Below, piece after piece: positions 1 to 10,389 of a DNA stretch of 64,000 bases. A model generated the notes under the pieces. That model was not told the origin of the DNA. It ran no database searches and saw only the letters and a program-made list of their open reading frames with translations. This DNA comes from Candidatus Multivoradales bacterium (lineage in GTDB: Bacteria > Acidobacteriota > Thermoanaerobaculia > Multivoradales > Multivoraceae). Location of the stretch: NCBI GenBank assembly GCA_965223325.1, contig CBDCWI010000001.1, forward strand, positions 1,760,001 through 1,824,000, in the 5' to 3' direction. The first letter of the stretch is position 1. Every line of letters starts with the position of its first letter. A program made the position numbers and the translations under genes.

Positions 1-2
1 AT

Positions 3-2576
3 CAGCACTATCCAGTTCTCGCCCGCCAACAGTGCCGCACGCTCGGTCAGTGGATGGCCGCGGTGCGCGAACTCTCCACCCACATCGAGGCCGCTCGCCC
101 GCTGCTCGTAGAGACCTTCTGTGGCGCAGCCGAGGGCACCGCCGAGCTCGGCCCCGTCGCGACGCTCGAAGGCGGCCTCGGCGACCGACATCGCGACGGT
201 CGGCAAGTGCTGCGCCTGGTCTTTGCGAACGGCCTCGAGTTGATCTACAAACCACGCTCACTGGCGGCGGAGGTCGCCTGGCGGCGAATCCTGGAATGGT
301 GCCGTGAAGCCGGCCTCCTGTGCGCGCCAGCAACTGCGCGCGCCCTCGATTGTGGCGATCACGGCTTCATGGAAGCGGTCGTGCCATCATCACCGATCGG
401 ACAGGCAGGTGCCGAGGCGTACTACCGCACCGCCGGCTCGCTCGTCGCCCTCGCCTACGTACTGCGGGCCGAAGACCTGCACGGCGAGAATCTGATCGCA
501 ACCGCGAGCGGCCCGGTCGTCATCGATGCCGAGCTCATGCTGCAGCCCATGCGCGCCGTACAAACGACCGGCGAAGGCCGCGAGCCATCGTTTCTGGGTT
601 CGGTTCTAGCTTCCGCCCTGCTGACTCAGCTCTTGCCGGGTGGCGAAGAAGACCGCGACCTGGGCGGCCTGCGCTGGCCACGAGAGCGCCTCGAGACCCG
701 GCGTGGCTGGACGGGTCTGCATGGCGACGAGTTGGCCTTTGCCGCCGAAGAGAAGAAACTGCCGCCGCGCGAGAACGTCGTGACCGACGAGAACGGCAAT
801 CTGTTGCCGATCGAAGACTGGTCAGAAGCAGTCGAGGACGGCTTCAGCGAAACCTGGCGGTTCCTGACCGACGAGCGCGGTGCGCTCGAAGAACTCCTGC
901 GCAGTGAGCTCGCCGAAACCACGACCCGAGTTCTCCTGCGGCCGACGCGCGAGTACGGCCAGGTCGTTCAGCTGACCAGCATCGAGCGCAACCAGAAGTC
1001 GGGAACGATGGGGAGCCTCTTGCGCGACGCCCTCGCTAGCCGACTGGTGACCCTCGACCAACGGCCGGAGCAATGGCCCCTGCTGCGGGCGGAGCGCATA
1101 GCGCTCGAACGCCTGGACATCCCGTGGTTCGGCCTGGCGGCAAACACCACCGAGATCGAGACCGAGACCGGTGAGATCGCCCGCGGCCTGTTCGAGACCG
1201 CCGGTCTCGACGCCGTGTGCGGTCGCCTGCAAGCGCTCGACGAACGCGACCATGAGCGCCAGCTCAGGCGGCTCCGTCTCGCCCTCGCCCCAGACGCTGA
1301 GATCTCACCGGTTTCCGAGTTGATCGCTCTGAGCCTGCAGTCTGTCGGCGACGGGCCCTTCGAAGACGCCTGCCTGGCGATGGCGTGGCAGATCGCTGAG
1401 CTGGTCCGCGAGCGAGTCCTCGAGCAACCTCCCGCCGGCTGGTCCCTGTCGACCGGTCGCCTCGGACCGGCAGTCTTGTTTGCCGAACTCGCAACCTCCC
1501 GGCCCGAGACACGTCCTCCTGGCGTCGGAGAAGAGCAAGGCGAGCGCTTCGCTGCCATCGCCCGACAGCTCTCCGCCTGCGATCGCGACCTCACCCAGGA
1601 AGAAACCGAGGCCCTCCGCGACATGCCTCTCGGGGGGCCATCCGGTCTGGGCGGCGTGCTGTTCGTTCTCAACCGGCTCAGCGAAACCCTTGGTGAAACC
1701 GTCTTGCGAGAGCGCGCGCTTCTATGGAGCAGCTTCGCAACCAACGCGCGTATCGAAGCCGACCGGAGTTTCGATCTCGACGGTGGGTGTGCTGGCCTGA
1801 TTCTCGGTCTGCTGGAGCTCCATCGGGGCACCGGCGCTCCCGAGACCCTCGAGCGCGCCATCGCAGCCGGTGACCACCTGCTCGCACACCAGCGCTCTTT
1901 TGGGTCGCTCGGCGCGACCTGGAACAACGCCGCCGGCATTCCCCAGCCGGGGCTCGCCCATGGGGCCGCTGGCATCGCCACGGCGCTCGCACATCTCGGT
2001 GAGGCCACCGGCAAAGCGCGCTTTACCACCGCTGCCCTCGCAGCCATCGCCTGGGAACGCGGCATGTTCGACAGCCAGCACGGCAACTGGCCAGCCCTGG
2101 TGCGCGACCACGCCGGCGACATCAGCCGAGTGTTCATGGCCAGCGTCTGCCGCGGTGCCCCCGGAATCGCCATCGCTCGCCAAGCCCTGCCGCCGAGTCT
2201 CCGAGACAGCAGGCTGGCCGCAGAGATCGAAACCGCCCAGGACACCACCTTCCGCGCCGAGGCCGCAAGCCTCGACCACCTCTGTTGCGGCGCGCTGGGC
2301 CGCACCGCGGCACTCACCTTCACGACCGACGACAACGTCTCGCTCGCCCGCCGAGAGCAAGCGCTCACCATGGCACGCGCTGTGGTGGCACGAGCCGGCT
2401 CGAGCGGCCACTTCCGGCGTTCCACCGACCTGTACGACAACCGAACCCCCGATGCCGGCTTCCACTACGGCCTGTCCGGAATCGCCTACCAGCTCTACTG
2501 TCTGGCCGCGCCCGCGCGCGCTGCCGGAGACTTCCTGGTGCTGGTGTCTCAACCGAGGGAGGCGCGCGAACCGTGA
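3..2576 (+). CDS. lanM: Class II lanthipeptide synthetase LanM (dehydratase + LanC-like cyclase), 5' end outside the window
   Basis: Frame is open from base 3 (QHYPVLAR...). Dehydratase motifs GDRHRDGRQV, IYKPRS, DLHGEN, VIDAE, RVLLRPTREY, DIPWF; cyclase motifs GLAHGAAG, SVCRGAPG, HLCCG, GFHYGLSG. Confidence 0.93.
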   Translation, partial: QHYPVLARQQCRTLGQWMAAVRELSTHIEAARPLLVETFCGAAEGTAELGPVATLEGGLGDRHRDGRQVLRLVFANGLELIYKPRSLAAEVAWRRILEWCREAGLLCAPATARALDCGDHGFMEAVVPSSPIGQAGAEAYYRTAGSLVALAYVLRAEDLHGENLIATASGPVVIDAELMLQPMRAVQTTGEGREPSFLGSVLASALLTQLLPGGEEDRDLGGLRWPRERLETRRGWTGLHGDELAFAAEEKKLPPRENVVTDENGNLLPIEDWSEAVEDGFSETWRFLTDERGALEELLRSELAETTTRVLLRPTREYGQVVQLTSIERNQKSGTMGSLLRDALASRLVTLDQRPEQWPLLRAERIALERLDIPWFGLAANTTEIETETGEIARGLFETAGLDAVCGRLQALDERDHERQLRRLRLALAPDAEISPVSELIALSLQSVGDGPFEDACLAMAWQIAELVRERVLEQPPAGWSLSTGRLGPAVLFAELATSRPETRPPGVGEEQGERFAAIARQLSACDRDLTQEETEALRDMPLGGPSGLGGVLFVLNRLSETLGETVLRERALLWSSFATNARIEADRSFDLDGGCAGLILGLLELHRGTGAPETLERAIAAGDHLLAHQRSFGSLGATWNNAAGIPQPGLAHGAAGIATALAHLGEATGKARFTTAALAAIAWERGMFDSQHGNWPALVRDHAGDISRVFMASVCRGAPGIAIARQALPPSLRDSRLAAEIETAQDTTFRAEAASLDHLCCGALGRTAALTFTTDDNVSLARREQALTMARAVVARAGSSGHFRRSTDLYDNRTPDAGFHYGLSGIAYQLYCLAAPARAAGDFLVLVSQPREAREP

Positions 2577-2734
2577 GACATAATTCGCCCCAGTCTGCCC
2601 GAGGACTGTTCACCTCGGCTCTTTCCTCGCCTCTGGACCGCAAGCTGCCGGTTCCAGAAGCCTCTCTGATCTCTTCGTTCTTCGCCGCGGCCCCTTTGCC
2701 GCAGCTCGAAACCGCTCAGCAGGAGGAGCACCCG

Positions 2735-4819
2735 GTGACCACCCCTTCTTCCAGAACTTCGACTTCTTCTAGAACTCTGACCTCTTCCAGAAGTCCTTCT
2801 TTGCGAGCGATCGCCCTGGCCGCTTCGATCGTTTGGCTCATGCTGGCCAGCTCTCTTGCCACGGCCCAACCGCCGGGCAACGCCGAGGTGACCTACGACC
2901 CGCCGGCGTTCTCCTTCGAACAGGGCCACATCGAACTGCTCGAGGCCGTTCGCCTGACCCTCCAGCACGATCCGAACCTCCTCCTGGCACGCGAAGACAG
3001 CCGGGCGAAGTACGGCCTGGCGCTCGAGCTCAGCGGCTTCTTCGACTGGACGATGAACGGCTCGCTGAGCTGGGAGCACCGCGAGCAGGAGCTGCTCGAG
3101 TCGATCAAGCAGGCCGAAACTGACAAGCGAAACCAGTTCCGCGACGGCCAGTTCGTCGCCTGCGAACTGCGCGACGACCTGACCAACGACCTCGCGACCC
3201 TGCAGCAGGCGCGCAACCAGACCCCGAACGGCGCCAACATTCCGCTCACCAGCCTCGACGGCGACAAGGCCTTCGAAGCGCAGCTGCGCATTCTCGAAGC
3301 AGTGATCATCTCGTCGACTCCAGCCCAGCGCAACGCGCTCCTCGGCGAGCGCGCCGCGATCATCGATGCGCAGATCGCCTTTATCCAGAACCGTGGCCTG
3401 CCCGAAGTCCAGCAGGCCTGCGACCGCACCACCGAAGCGCTGGCTCGTCTCGGCGACGAGCCCGAAGAGGAAGAGTTTGATCTCGGTCGCCTGCAGCTGC
3501 AGTTCGACAAGCTGTACCGGAACGGCTTCTTTCTCTCGCCGTTCCTGAAAGGCGCCTACAACAGCACCGGCTACATCGGCAAGGAAGACGGCTTCTTCGT
3601 CACCGATACCGACCCCTTCGGTGTCCCGCGGCGCAGCCCGTCGGGCATTCCACTCGACCGACTGATCGACTTCGGCGGCAAGAACGTCCAGGACACCTAC
3701 ACCTTCGAGGTTGGCTTCGAAGCCAACATGCCGCTCCTGCGAGGCCGCGGAATCGCCACCAGCGGACCGGTCGACGCCGCCGACATCGACTACGAGGCTT
3801 CGCGCCTGCTCGTCGAGCACACTGCCTCGGAGAGTGTCTTGAGCACCGCCCTCGCCTATTGGAGCCTGGTCGCCGCCGAAGAACGCGCCGCCGTCCTCGA
3901 CAACGCCGTTACCCTGCAATCCGATCTGGCCCAGATCACCCGCGATCTCATTGAAGGTGACGCGATTCCAGGAGCCGACCTGTCGCGGGCACTGGCCGGC
4001 GAAGCCAACTCGCGCGCCCAGTACCAGAGCTCTGCCGCTGATCTGGTCAGCGCGCAACTCGCGCTGGTGCGTTCGATGGGCGTTACGGTCTCCGGGCCCG
4101 AGAACCTGCCGTCGGCACAGACGGGCTTCCCGGAACCTCCGACCATCGAAGCGGTGCGACAGATCGCCGAGACGGCACTCACCCAGGGCGCCCTCGAGGC
4201 GCGACTCGATCTACAGGCTGCCCGGGCGGTCATCGAGTCCGGCAAGCTGCTCGCCGATGCAGCCTTGATCGATCTCCGACCGCGACTCGATATCGGCTTC
4301 GGCGCCTCAACGATCACTCGCGGTGAAGGCTCCTTTTCTGAATCCACCGACCGTTTCGCAGCCCCGAGCTGGAAGGTCTCGGCGACCTTCGAGAAGCCAT
4401 TCAGAAACAGGAGCGCCCGCGGCTTGTTGCTGCAGCGGCAGGCACAGGCCAACCAGCTGCAGATCTCGGCCGGCGACCTCGACCGCCTGGTGCGGGTGGG
4501 GGTTGTTCAGACGCTAGGGTCACTCCTCGAAGCCCTCGAGGGTCTGCGCTGGGCCGAAGCGGCCGCGAACTCTGCCGAGGAGACCATCAACTCCGAGGTC
4601 GAGAAGCTCCGGCTTGGCGAAACCACTTTGCTCGACACCATCCTGACTGAGCAGCAGCGCACCTCGTCGCAACTGGCTTTGATTTCCGCCCGCCAGCAGG
4701 TGGCGTCGCTGATCACGCGGCTGCGCTTCGAAACCGGCACCCTTGTTCAGGAAACAGGGAGCGGTCGACGGGTCACACCGACGACGCTCACCACCGTGCC
4801 CACCGGAGCGGACTCGTGA
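2735..4819 (+). CDS. TolC-family outer-membrane efflux protein with a large insertion
   Basis: GTG at 2735 after AGGAGG (2721-2726); signal-peptide-like N-terminus; OEP-type motifs (LLEAVRLTLQHDPNL, AYWSLVAAEE, EKLRLGETTLLDTI); upstream of HlyD/ABC genes. Confidence 0.8.
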   Translation: MTTPSSRTSTSSRTLTSSRSPSLRAIALAASIVWLMLASSLATAQPPGNAEVTYDPPAFSFEQGHIELLEAVRLTLQHDPNLLLAREDSRAKYGLALELSGFFDWTMNGSLSWEHREQELLESIKQAETDKRNQFRDGQFVACELRDDLTNDLATLQQARNQTPNGANIPLTSLDGDKAFEAQLRILEAVIISSTPAQRNALLGERAAIIDAQIAFIQNRGLPEVQQACDRTTEALARLGDEPEEEEFDLGRLQLQFDKLYRNGFFLSPFLKGAYNSTGYIGKEDGFFVTDTDPFGVPRRSPSGIPLDRLIDFGGKNVQDTYTFEVGFEANMPLLRGRGIATSGPVDAADIDYEASRLLVEHTASESVLSTALAYWSLVAAEERAAVLDNAVTLQSDLAQITRDLIEGDAIPGADLSRALAGEANSRAQYQSSAADLVSAQLALVRSMGVTVSGPENLPSAQTGFPEPPTIEAVRQIAETALTQGALEARLDLQAARAVIESGKLLADAALIDLRPRLDIGFGASTITRGEGSFSESTDRFAAPSWKVSATFEKPFRNRSARGLLLQRQAQANQLQISAGDLDRLVRVGVVQTLGSLLEALEGLRWAEAAANSAEETINSEVEKLRLGETTLLDTILTEQQRTSSQLALISARQQVASLITRLRFETGTLVQETGSGRRVTPTTLTTVPTGADS

Positions 4820-6909
4820 CTTCGAGCCGACACAATCGAGCGGGTTGGACGGCTCTGGCCGCCGGGGCGATTCCGGTTGCGCTCGCGCTGTTGTTCCTGG
4901 GAGCGCCCCGCGCCAGCGAGGCGCAGGCTGAGTCCGAAGATCCTGCGGTCCTAGGCGCTCCTTCGGGCGCCCGCCTATCGCTCGAAGAAGCCGTCACTCG
5001 CGGCCTTAGAAACCGCGCCGACACACAGCTCGCCATCCAGCGACTCAGCGAACGCGAAGGCGCACATCAGGAACAGGCGGGCGTCTTCGACCCGTTGTTT
5101 TTCGTCGACACCAGCTTTGAAATGCGCCAGCAGGAGCTCCTGCGTTCGGGCTATGACTTCGAAGTGCGCCGACGCTTGCCGCCAGATCTCGCAATTCCGG
5201 AACTCGAGCGCGCCGTCGGCATCATGGTCGACAACCTGCCGACCTCGGAAAGCCTGCTCTTCCAGGAGTGCACCGCGACCCAGGACCGCTTCAATGTGCT
5301 GGTGAACGCTCCGGAAGGCCCCCTCGAAGTGACCCTTTGCTTCGACGGCTTCGGCGAGCTGCAGCGCATCGTGCCCCGTGGCGATCTACGCGACTCACTC
5401 GATCTGCTGGGAGTCATCGACGTCTTGCGCAAGATCGGTTCGCTCTCTGACGAGGTGAGCCGCGACCTCGAGGCCGGTTTCGCCGACCGACTACGGGTCC
5501 TCGTGCGCGGACTGCGAACGATCATCGCGGCCATGCGTACCCAGCTCGCCAACCTCGGCTGCTTTCCTTCCGACAATTACCCCGCCGAAGTCGGCTTTTG
5601 CATCTTCCCGGAGATCGAGCAGTCTCTCGACCTGCGATTCGAAATGGGCCAACAGTGGCGTTTCCATAACGGGATCGCCGTCACCGCTAGCCTGCAGCTC
5701 GCCGGAACCGAAGACAACTATCGCGGCAAACCGCTCGACCCAGTCCTCGGCGACCAGGTTGCTCCAAACACCTTCAGCACCACCGGCAGTCTCAGCCTCG
5801 ACATCCCACTCGCGAAGGGCCGCGGCAAGAAGGCAACTGCAGCAGCTCTGCGCGCCACCGAGGTAGCAGTCGATGCCGAGCGCAACGTGTTGCTGCACAC
5901 CACGGCGGGTACGGCCTTGTTCACCATTCAGTCGTACTGGGAGCTGGCCGCAGCAGAGAAGCGCCTGGCGCTCTTGGTGGACTCGGCCCGGGTGCAAACC
6001 GAACTGCTCGAGAACACCCGCGCCCTCATCGACGAAGACGCGCTGGCTGGAGCCGAGGCCTATCGGGTCGAGGCAAGCTACGCAGATGCCTTGAACCGAG
6101 TCGCCACAGCGCGACGCACATTGATCGAGACCCGGCTCGATCTCGTCGACGCCATGGGGCAGCATCTCGAACGCATCACCGAAGCGCCGCTCGCCGCCGA
6201 CCCGCTGCCAACCGCAGAAGATACGACCCTGGATGCAGAAGCGTGGGTCGACACCGCCTACGCGAACCGCTGGGACCTAGAAGGCAATCGGCTGGCAACG
6301 CGTGCGAGCGAGATCCTGGTAGACGCCGCGCGCGCCAACCTGCGCCACCAGGTCGACCTGACCCTGAACGTCTCTTACAACGGCTTCCACGAGAGCTTCG
6401 ACGATCGCCTCTACGATTTTGGTGGCTATAGCGACGCCGCCTCGGGTCTTATCTCAGGACCGAGCTACCTGATTCGGCTGCGCTGGAAAGTCCCCTTCAG
6501 GAACCGCAGCGCGCGCGGTCGCCTGGTGCAGGCGCGGGCGTCGGTCAACCAGAGTCGCATCAACGAGACCGAGCTCGAGCGCCAGATTCGTCTGGCAATC
6601 TTCGAGTTGGTCAAGCGAATCGATGCCAAGAAGCTCGAGCTCGAACAGCAAGCGCAGAACCTCAGCAGCCTCGAAGACAGCCTCGAGGCGAGCCTCGAGC
6701 GCTTCCGGCTAGGCGACCTGACGCTGATCGATACCCTGACCACCGAGCAGCAACTGACAGCCGCCCGGCTGGCACTGGTCGACATCGAGAGTGAACTGGC
6801 CATCCTGCTGTCACAATTGCGCTTTGAGTCCGGCACTCTAGTCGAGGCTCCAGAAGACTTCGAGGAGTTCGACACCAGCGACGTGAGACTTCTCGGGAAC
6901 GACTCCTGA
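4816..6909 (+). CDS. Second TolC-family outer-membrane efflux protein with a large insertion
   Basis: GTGA overlap with the previous gene; LSLEEAVTRGL, SYWELAAAEK, ERFRLGDLTLIDTL; shares PFRNRSARG and LRFE(T/S)GTLV with the upstream paralogue. Confidence 0.8.
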   Translation: MTSSRHNRAGWTALAAGAIPVALALLFLGAPRASEAQAESEDPAVLGAPSGARLSLEEAVTRGLRNRADTQLAIQRLSEREGAHQEQAGVFDPLFFVDTSFEMRQQELLRSGYDFEVRRRLPPDLAIPELERAVGIMVDNLPTSESLLFQECTATQDRFNVLVNAPEGPLEVTLCFDGFGELQRIVPRGDLRDSLDLLGVIDVLRKIGSLSDEVSRDLEAGFADRLRVLVRGLRTIIAAMRTQLANLGCFPSDNYPAEVGFCIFPEIEQSLDLRFEMGQQWRFHNGIAVTASLQLAGTEDNYRGKPLDPVLGDQVAPNTFSTTGSLSLDIPLAKGRGKKATAAALRATEVAVDAERNVLLHTTAGTALFTIQSYWELAAAEKRLALLVDSARVQTELLENTRALIDEDALAGAEAYRVEASYADALNRVATARRTLIETRLDLVDAMGQHLERITEAPLAADPLPTAEDTTLDAEAWVDTAYANRWDLEGNRLATRASEILVDAARANLRHQVDLTLNVSYNGFHESFDDRLYDFGGYSDAASGLISGPSYLIRLRWKVPFRNRSARGRLVQARASVNQSRINETELERQIRLAIFELVKRIDAKKLELEQQAQNLSSLEDSLEASLERFRLGDLTLIDTLTTEQQLTAARLALVDIESELAILLSQLRFESGTLVEAPEDFEEFDTSDVRLLGNDS

Positions 6910-6981
6910 GGCGCGACGACCCACACCCCAATGAGCGGCGAAACGTCGCCTCGGCAACCAGACGACTAGACGGAGAACGCG

Positions 6982-8133
6982 ATGGCCGGAGTCCAACACC
7001 TTCTGCGTAAGGCCGCGATCGAGAAGATGGCGTCGCCCGAGCAGCTCGACATGGCAATGCGTGTTACTTCGCCCTGGAGCTGGCTGGCCCTCGCGACACT
7101 CGGCACGATGGTGGTGGCGGCCGTCGGCGCCAGCATCATTTTCGAAATGTCGGTCAAAGTGGACGGCGACGGCATTCTCATGCGCGGCGACACCGTCCAG
7201 ACGATTCAGGTTTCGGCCAACGGCACCGTCGCCCAACTGCTCGTCGACGAAGGCGACACGATCACCGAAGGCCAGGCGGTCGCCAAGCTCGACCTGCCGG
7301 AACTCGAGCGCGAGATCGCCACCACCCGCGATCGCGTCCTCCAACTGCAGGGTCAGGTCTCCGTCGAGGAACAACGGGTTGGCTCGATGGTGTCGTCCTA
7401 CAAGAGCCAGCTCAACCAGCTCTACACGCAGAAGCGTCAGAAGCAACGTCTGCTCGAGAAGAGGCTCGCCACTCGCGGCGACGTCGCAGCGATCGACGCC
7501 CAGATCAACAGCGTCAAGGCTCAGATCAACCAGCAGGAAACCGGTCTCGTGCGAGCCAGAACAGATCTCGAGGAGCAGAACCGCCGCCTTAGGCAACAGG
7601 AGCAGCAGCTCAGTGACAATTCGGTTGTCCGTAGCCGGGCCTCGGGCCGGGTCGCCGCCATCCTCAGGCCGGAAGGCCAGATCATCAAGGCAGGCGAGCG
7701 TTTGATCAACCTGGAAGACCCCGACTCGCCGATTCACGTGCTCTTGTTCGTGCCGGTTGCCGAAGGCAAGAAGGTCAAGGAGGGCATGCGAGTACGCATC
7801 GCCCCGAGTACCGTGAAGCCGGAGGAGTACGGCTTCATTCTCGGCGAGATCGTTTCCGTTTCGACCCAACCGGTGACGCCTCAGGAAGTGCGCTCGACGC
7901 TCAACAACGATCGTCTAGCCGCCAAGTTCGAACAAGACGCACCGTTTCGCGTGCGCGCCGAGCCGCTCAAGGACCCGAACAACCCGAGTGGTTTCCAGTG
8001 GACGTCGGCCGGTGGCCCGCCGATCGTCATCGACGCCAACACCCCCTGCACCGCGCAGATCGTCGTCGACAAGAAGCGCCCGATCTCCTACGTCATTCCG
8101 ACGGTCAAGAAGACCCTGGGCATGGCGTCCTAG
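6982..8133 (+). CDS. NHLP-bacteriocin-system secretion protein (HlyD/MFP family)
   Basis: RKAAIEKMASPEQLD N-terminus, one TM helix, biotinyl-like segment, PSTVKPEEYGFILG, FQWTS, RPISYVIP, as in TIGR03794-type proteins. Confidence 0.9.
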   Translation: MAGVQHLLRKAAIEKMASPEQLDMAMRVTSPWSWLALATLGTMVVAAVGASIIFEMSVKVDGDGILMRGDTVQTIQVSANGTVAQLLVDEGDTITEGQAVAKLDLPELEREIATTRDRVLQLQGQVSVEEQRVGSMVSSYKSQLNQLYTQKRQKQRLLEKRLATRGDVAAIDAQINSVKAQINQQETGLVRARTDLEEQNRRLRQQEQQLSDNSVVRSRASGRVAAILRPEGQIIKAGERLINLEDPDSPIHVLLFVPVAEGKKVKEGMRVRIAPSTVKPEEYGFILGEIVSVSTQPVTPQEVRSTLNNDRLAAKFEQDAPFRVRAEPLKDPNNPSGFQWTSAGGPPIVIDANTPCTAQIVVDKKRPISYVIPTVKKTLGMAS

Positions 8134-8157
8134 CTCACGGCTACGGGGAACCAGGCA

Positions 8158-10383
8158 GTGGCAGATCCCAAGCCCGTTGTGCCAAAGGCGGAGGAACCGG
8201 AGACACCCGAACTCCCCAAGCCGCCCAACCGGCGCGTCAAGACGCCCACCATCCTGCAGATGGAGGCGGTGGAGTGCGGTGCCGCCGCGCTGGCGATCGT
8301 GCTGGGCTACTTCGAGCGCATCGTGCCGCTCGAGGAGTTGCGGGTTGAGTGCGGTGTCTCCCGCGACGGCAGTAAGGCCTCCAATGTCCTCAAGGCGGCG
8401 CGTAAATACGGGCTCGAGGCAAAGGGCTTCAAGTACGACATAGAGAACCTGTTCGAGATCGACTACCCGGCGATTCTGTTCTGGAACGCCAACCACTTCG
8501 TGGTCCTCGAGGGGTTCAAGAACGGGAAGGTGTACCTGATGGATCCCGGCCAGGGGCCGCGGGTGATCACCATGGAAGAACTCGACGCTTCGTTCTCGGG
8601 CGTCGTTCTGACGTTCAAGCCGGGCCCTGACTTTGAGCCTGGCGGCGAAAAGCGGAGCATGATGGCGGCTCTGCGGCGACGCCTGGTGGGTTCGGAGAAG
8701 GCGCTCCTTTTCACCATGCTGTGCGGCCTCTTCCTGGTTGTTCCGGGCCTGGTGATCCCGACCTTCTCGCGCATTTTCGTCGATGAGTTCCTGGTCGCCG
8801 GCCGGCCGGCGATCGTGCAACCGCTCCTGGTCGGGATGTTGTTGACCGCACTGGTCAACATCGCGCTCACCTTCCTCCAGGAGTACTACCTCCTGCGATT
8901 GGAAACCAAGCTCTCCTTGACGACTTCGAGCCGCTTCTTCCAGCACATCCTGCGACTGCCAGTGGCCTACTTTGGCCAACGCTTCGCCGGCGAGATCGGC
9001 TCGCGCGTAATGATCAACGACAAGGTCGCGCGGGTGGTCTCCGGCAAGCTCGCCACCACCGCCATCGACATGGTGATGATCGTCTTCTACGCCGGCCTCA
9101 TGATGCTCTACAGCGTCAGCCTGACGTTTCTGGTCATCGCCCTGGCCGCTCTCAACGTTGTAGCAGTCAAGCTGGTATCGCGGATTCGGATCGATGCCAG
9201 CCGCCGCCTGATGCAGGACAAGGGCAAGTTGATGGGTACGGCGATGAACGGCCTCGCCATGATCGAGACCCTGAAAGCCACCGGCGGCGAAGCCGAGTTC
9301 TTCTCGCGCTGGGCGGGCTATCAGGCCAAGACCCTGCGCGCCGAACAGCAGCTGCAACGCATGTCGGATCTGGTGACCATCGTGCCGACCTTCGTCAATA
9401 CGCTGATCACCGCAAGCGTGCTTCTAGTCGGTGGCCTCAAGGTAATGAACGGCGAGCTCACGGTAGGTCTCCTGGTGGCGTACCAGTCGCTGACGGGGTT
9501 CTTTGTCAAACCGCTCAACAACTTCGTCACCTTCGGCAACATGCTGCAGGAGCTCGAGGCCGACATGAACCGCCTCGACGACGTCCTGCGCTACCCCCAG
9601 GACGAGATGTACACCCGCGAGCCCAACAAGGCCGTCGCGGCACAGTTGTCGCGCAAGCTCAAGCTCGACGGGCTGATCGAGCTCCGAGACATCACCTTCG
9701 GCTACTCGCCACTCGACAAACCACTGATCGAGAACTTCTCGCTCACCATCCAACCTGGGCAACGGGTGGCTTTGGTCGGCGGCTCGGGGTCAGGCAAGTC
9801 GACTGTCGCGCGGTTGGTCTCGGGACTGTACGAGCCCTGGGAGGGGTCGATCATGTTCGACGGCGTCGATCGCACCGATCTGCCGCGCGAGTTGATCTCG
9901 AATTCGGTGGGCATGGTCGACCAGGAAGTCTTTCTCTTCACCGGCACGATCAAAGAGAACGTGACCATGTGGGACTCGACGATTCCCGCCGCCCGCATCA
10001 CGACCGCCTGCCGCGACGCCGCGATCGCCGACGTCATCGAAACGCGCGACGGTTCCTACGGTGCGCGCGTCGGCGAGGGCGGTGGCAACTTCAGCGGTGG
10101 CCAGCGCCAACGACTCGAGATCGCACGCGCACTGGTCGGCGAACCCACCGTTCTAATTCTCGACGAAGCAACCTCGGCGCTGGACCCCACCACCGAAGCC
10201 GCAATCGACGACAGCTTGAGGCGACGCGGTTGTACCTGCATCGTCATTGCACATCGCTTGAGCACCATTCGCGACTGCGACGAGATCGTCGTCATGGAGC
10301 GCGGCAAGATCGTCCAGCGCGGCACCCACGACGAAATGAAGGACGCCGACGGCCCCTACGCCCGGCTGATCGAGGAGCACTAG
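8158..10383 (+). CDS. NHLP-type ABC exporter: C39 peptidase + permease + ATPase
   Basis: TPTILQMEAVECGAAAL (catalytic Cys), CGVSRDGS, WNANHFVV; Walker A GGSGSGKST, FSGGQRQRL, LILDEATSALD. Confidence 0.93.
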   Translation: MADPKPVVPKAEEPETPELPKPPNRRVKTPTILQMEAVECGAAALAIVLGYFERIVPLEELRVECGVSRDGSKASNVLKAARKYGLEAKGFKYDIENLFEIDYPAILFWNANHFVVLEGFKNGKVYLMDPGQGPRVITMEELDASFSGVVLTFKPGPDFEPGGEKRSMMAALRRRLVGSEKALLFTMLCGLFLVVPGLVIPTFSRIFVDEFLVAGRPAIVQPLLVGMLLTALVNIALTFLQEYYLLRLETKLSLTTSSRFFQHILRLPVAYFGQRFAGEIGSRVMINDKVARVVSGKLATTAIDMVMIVFYAGLMMLYSVSLTFLVIALAALNVVAVKLVSRIRIDASRRLMQDKGKLMGTAMNGLAMIETLKATGGEAEFFSRWAGYQAKTLRAEQQLQRMSDLVTIVPTFVNTLITASVLLVGGLKVMNGELTVGLLVAYQSLTGFFVKPLNNFVTFGNMLQELEADMNRLDDVLRYPQDEMYTREPNKAVAAQLSRKLKLDGLIELRDITFGYSPLDKPLIENFSLTIQPGQRVALVGGSGSGKSTVARLVSGLYEPWEGSIMFDGVDRTDLPRELISNSVGMVDQEVFLFTGTIKENVTMWDSTIPAARITTACRDAAIADVIETRDGSYGARVGEGGGNFSGGQRQRLEIARALVGEPTVLILDEATSALDPTTEAAIDDSLRRRGCTCIVIAHRLSTIRDCDEIVVMERGKIVQRGTHDEMKDADGPYARLIEEH

Positions 10384-10389
10384 GCGGTC

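Noticed and set aside
968-2440. Long antisense or alternate-frame ORFs (also 2549-4057, 7915-9357, 49437-50459)
   Set aside because: Shadow ORFs of GC-rich genes whose real frames have clear family motifs.
2577-2734. Lanthipeptide precursor between lanM and tolC, or elsewhere in 1-15.5 kb
   Set aside because: No small ORF with a GG/NHLP leader and a Cys/Ser/Thr core was found.
2745-2800. Three degenerate 18-bp repeats (CTTCTTCCAGAAC...)
   Set aside because: They encode SSRT repeats in the TolC N-terminus; simple slippage explains them.
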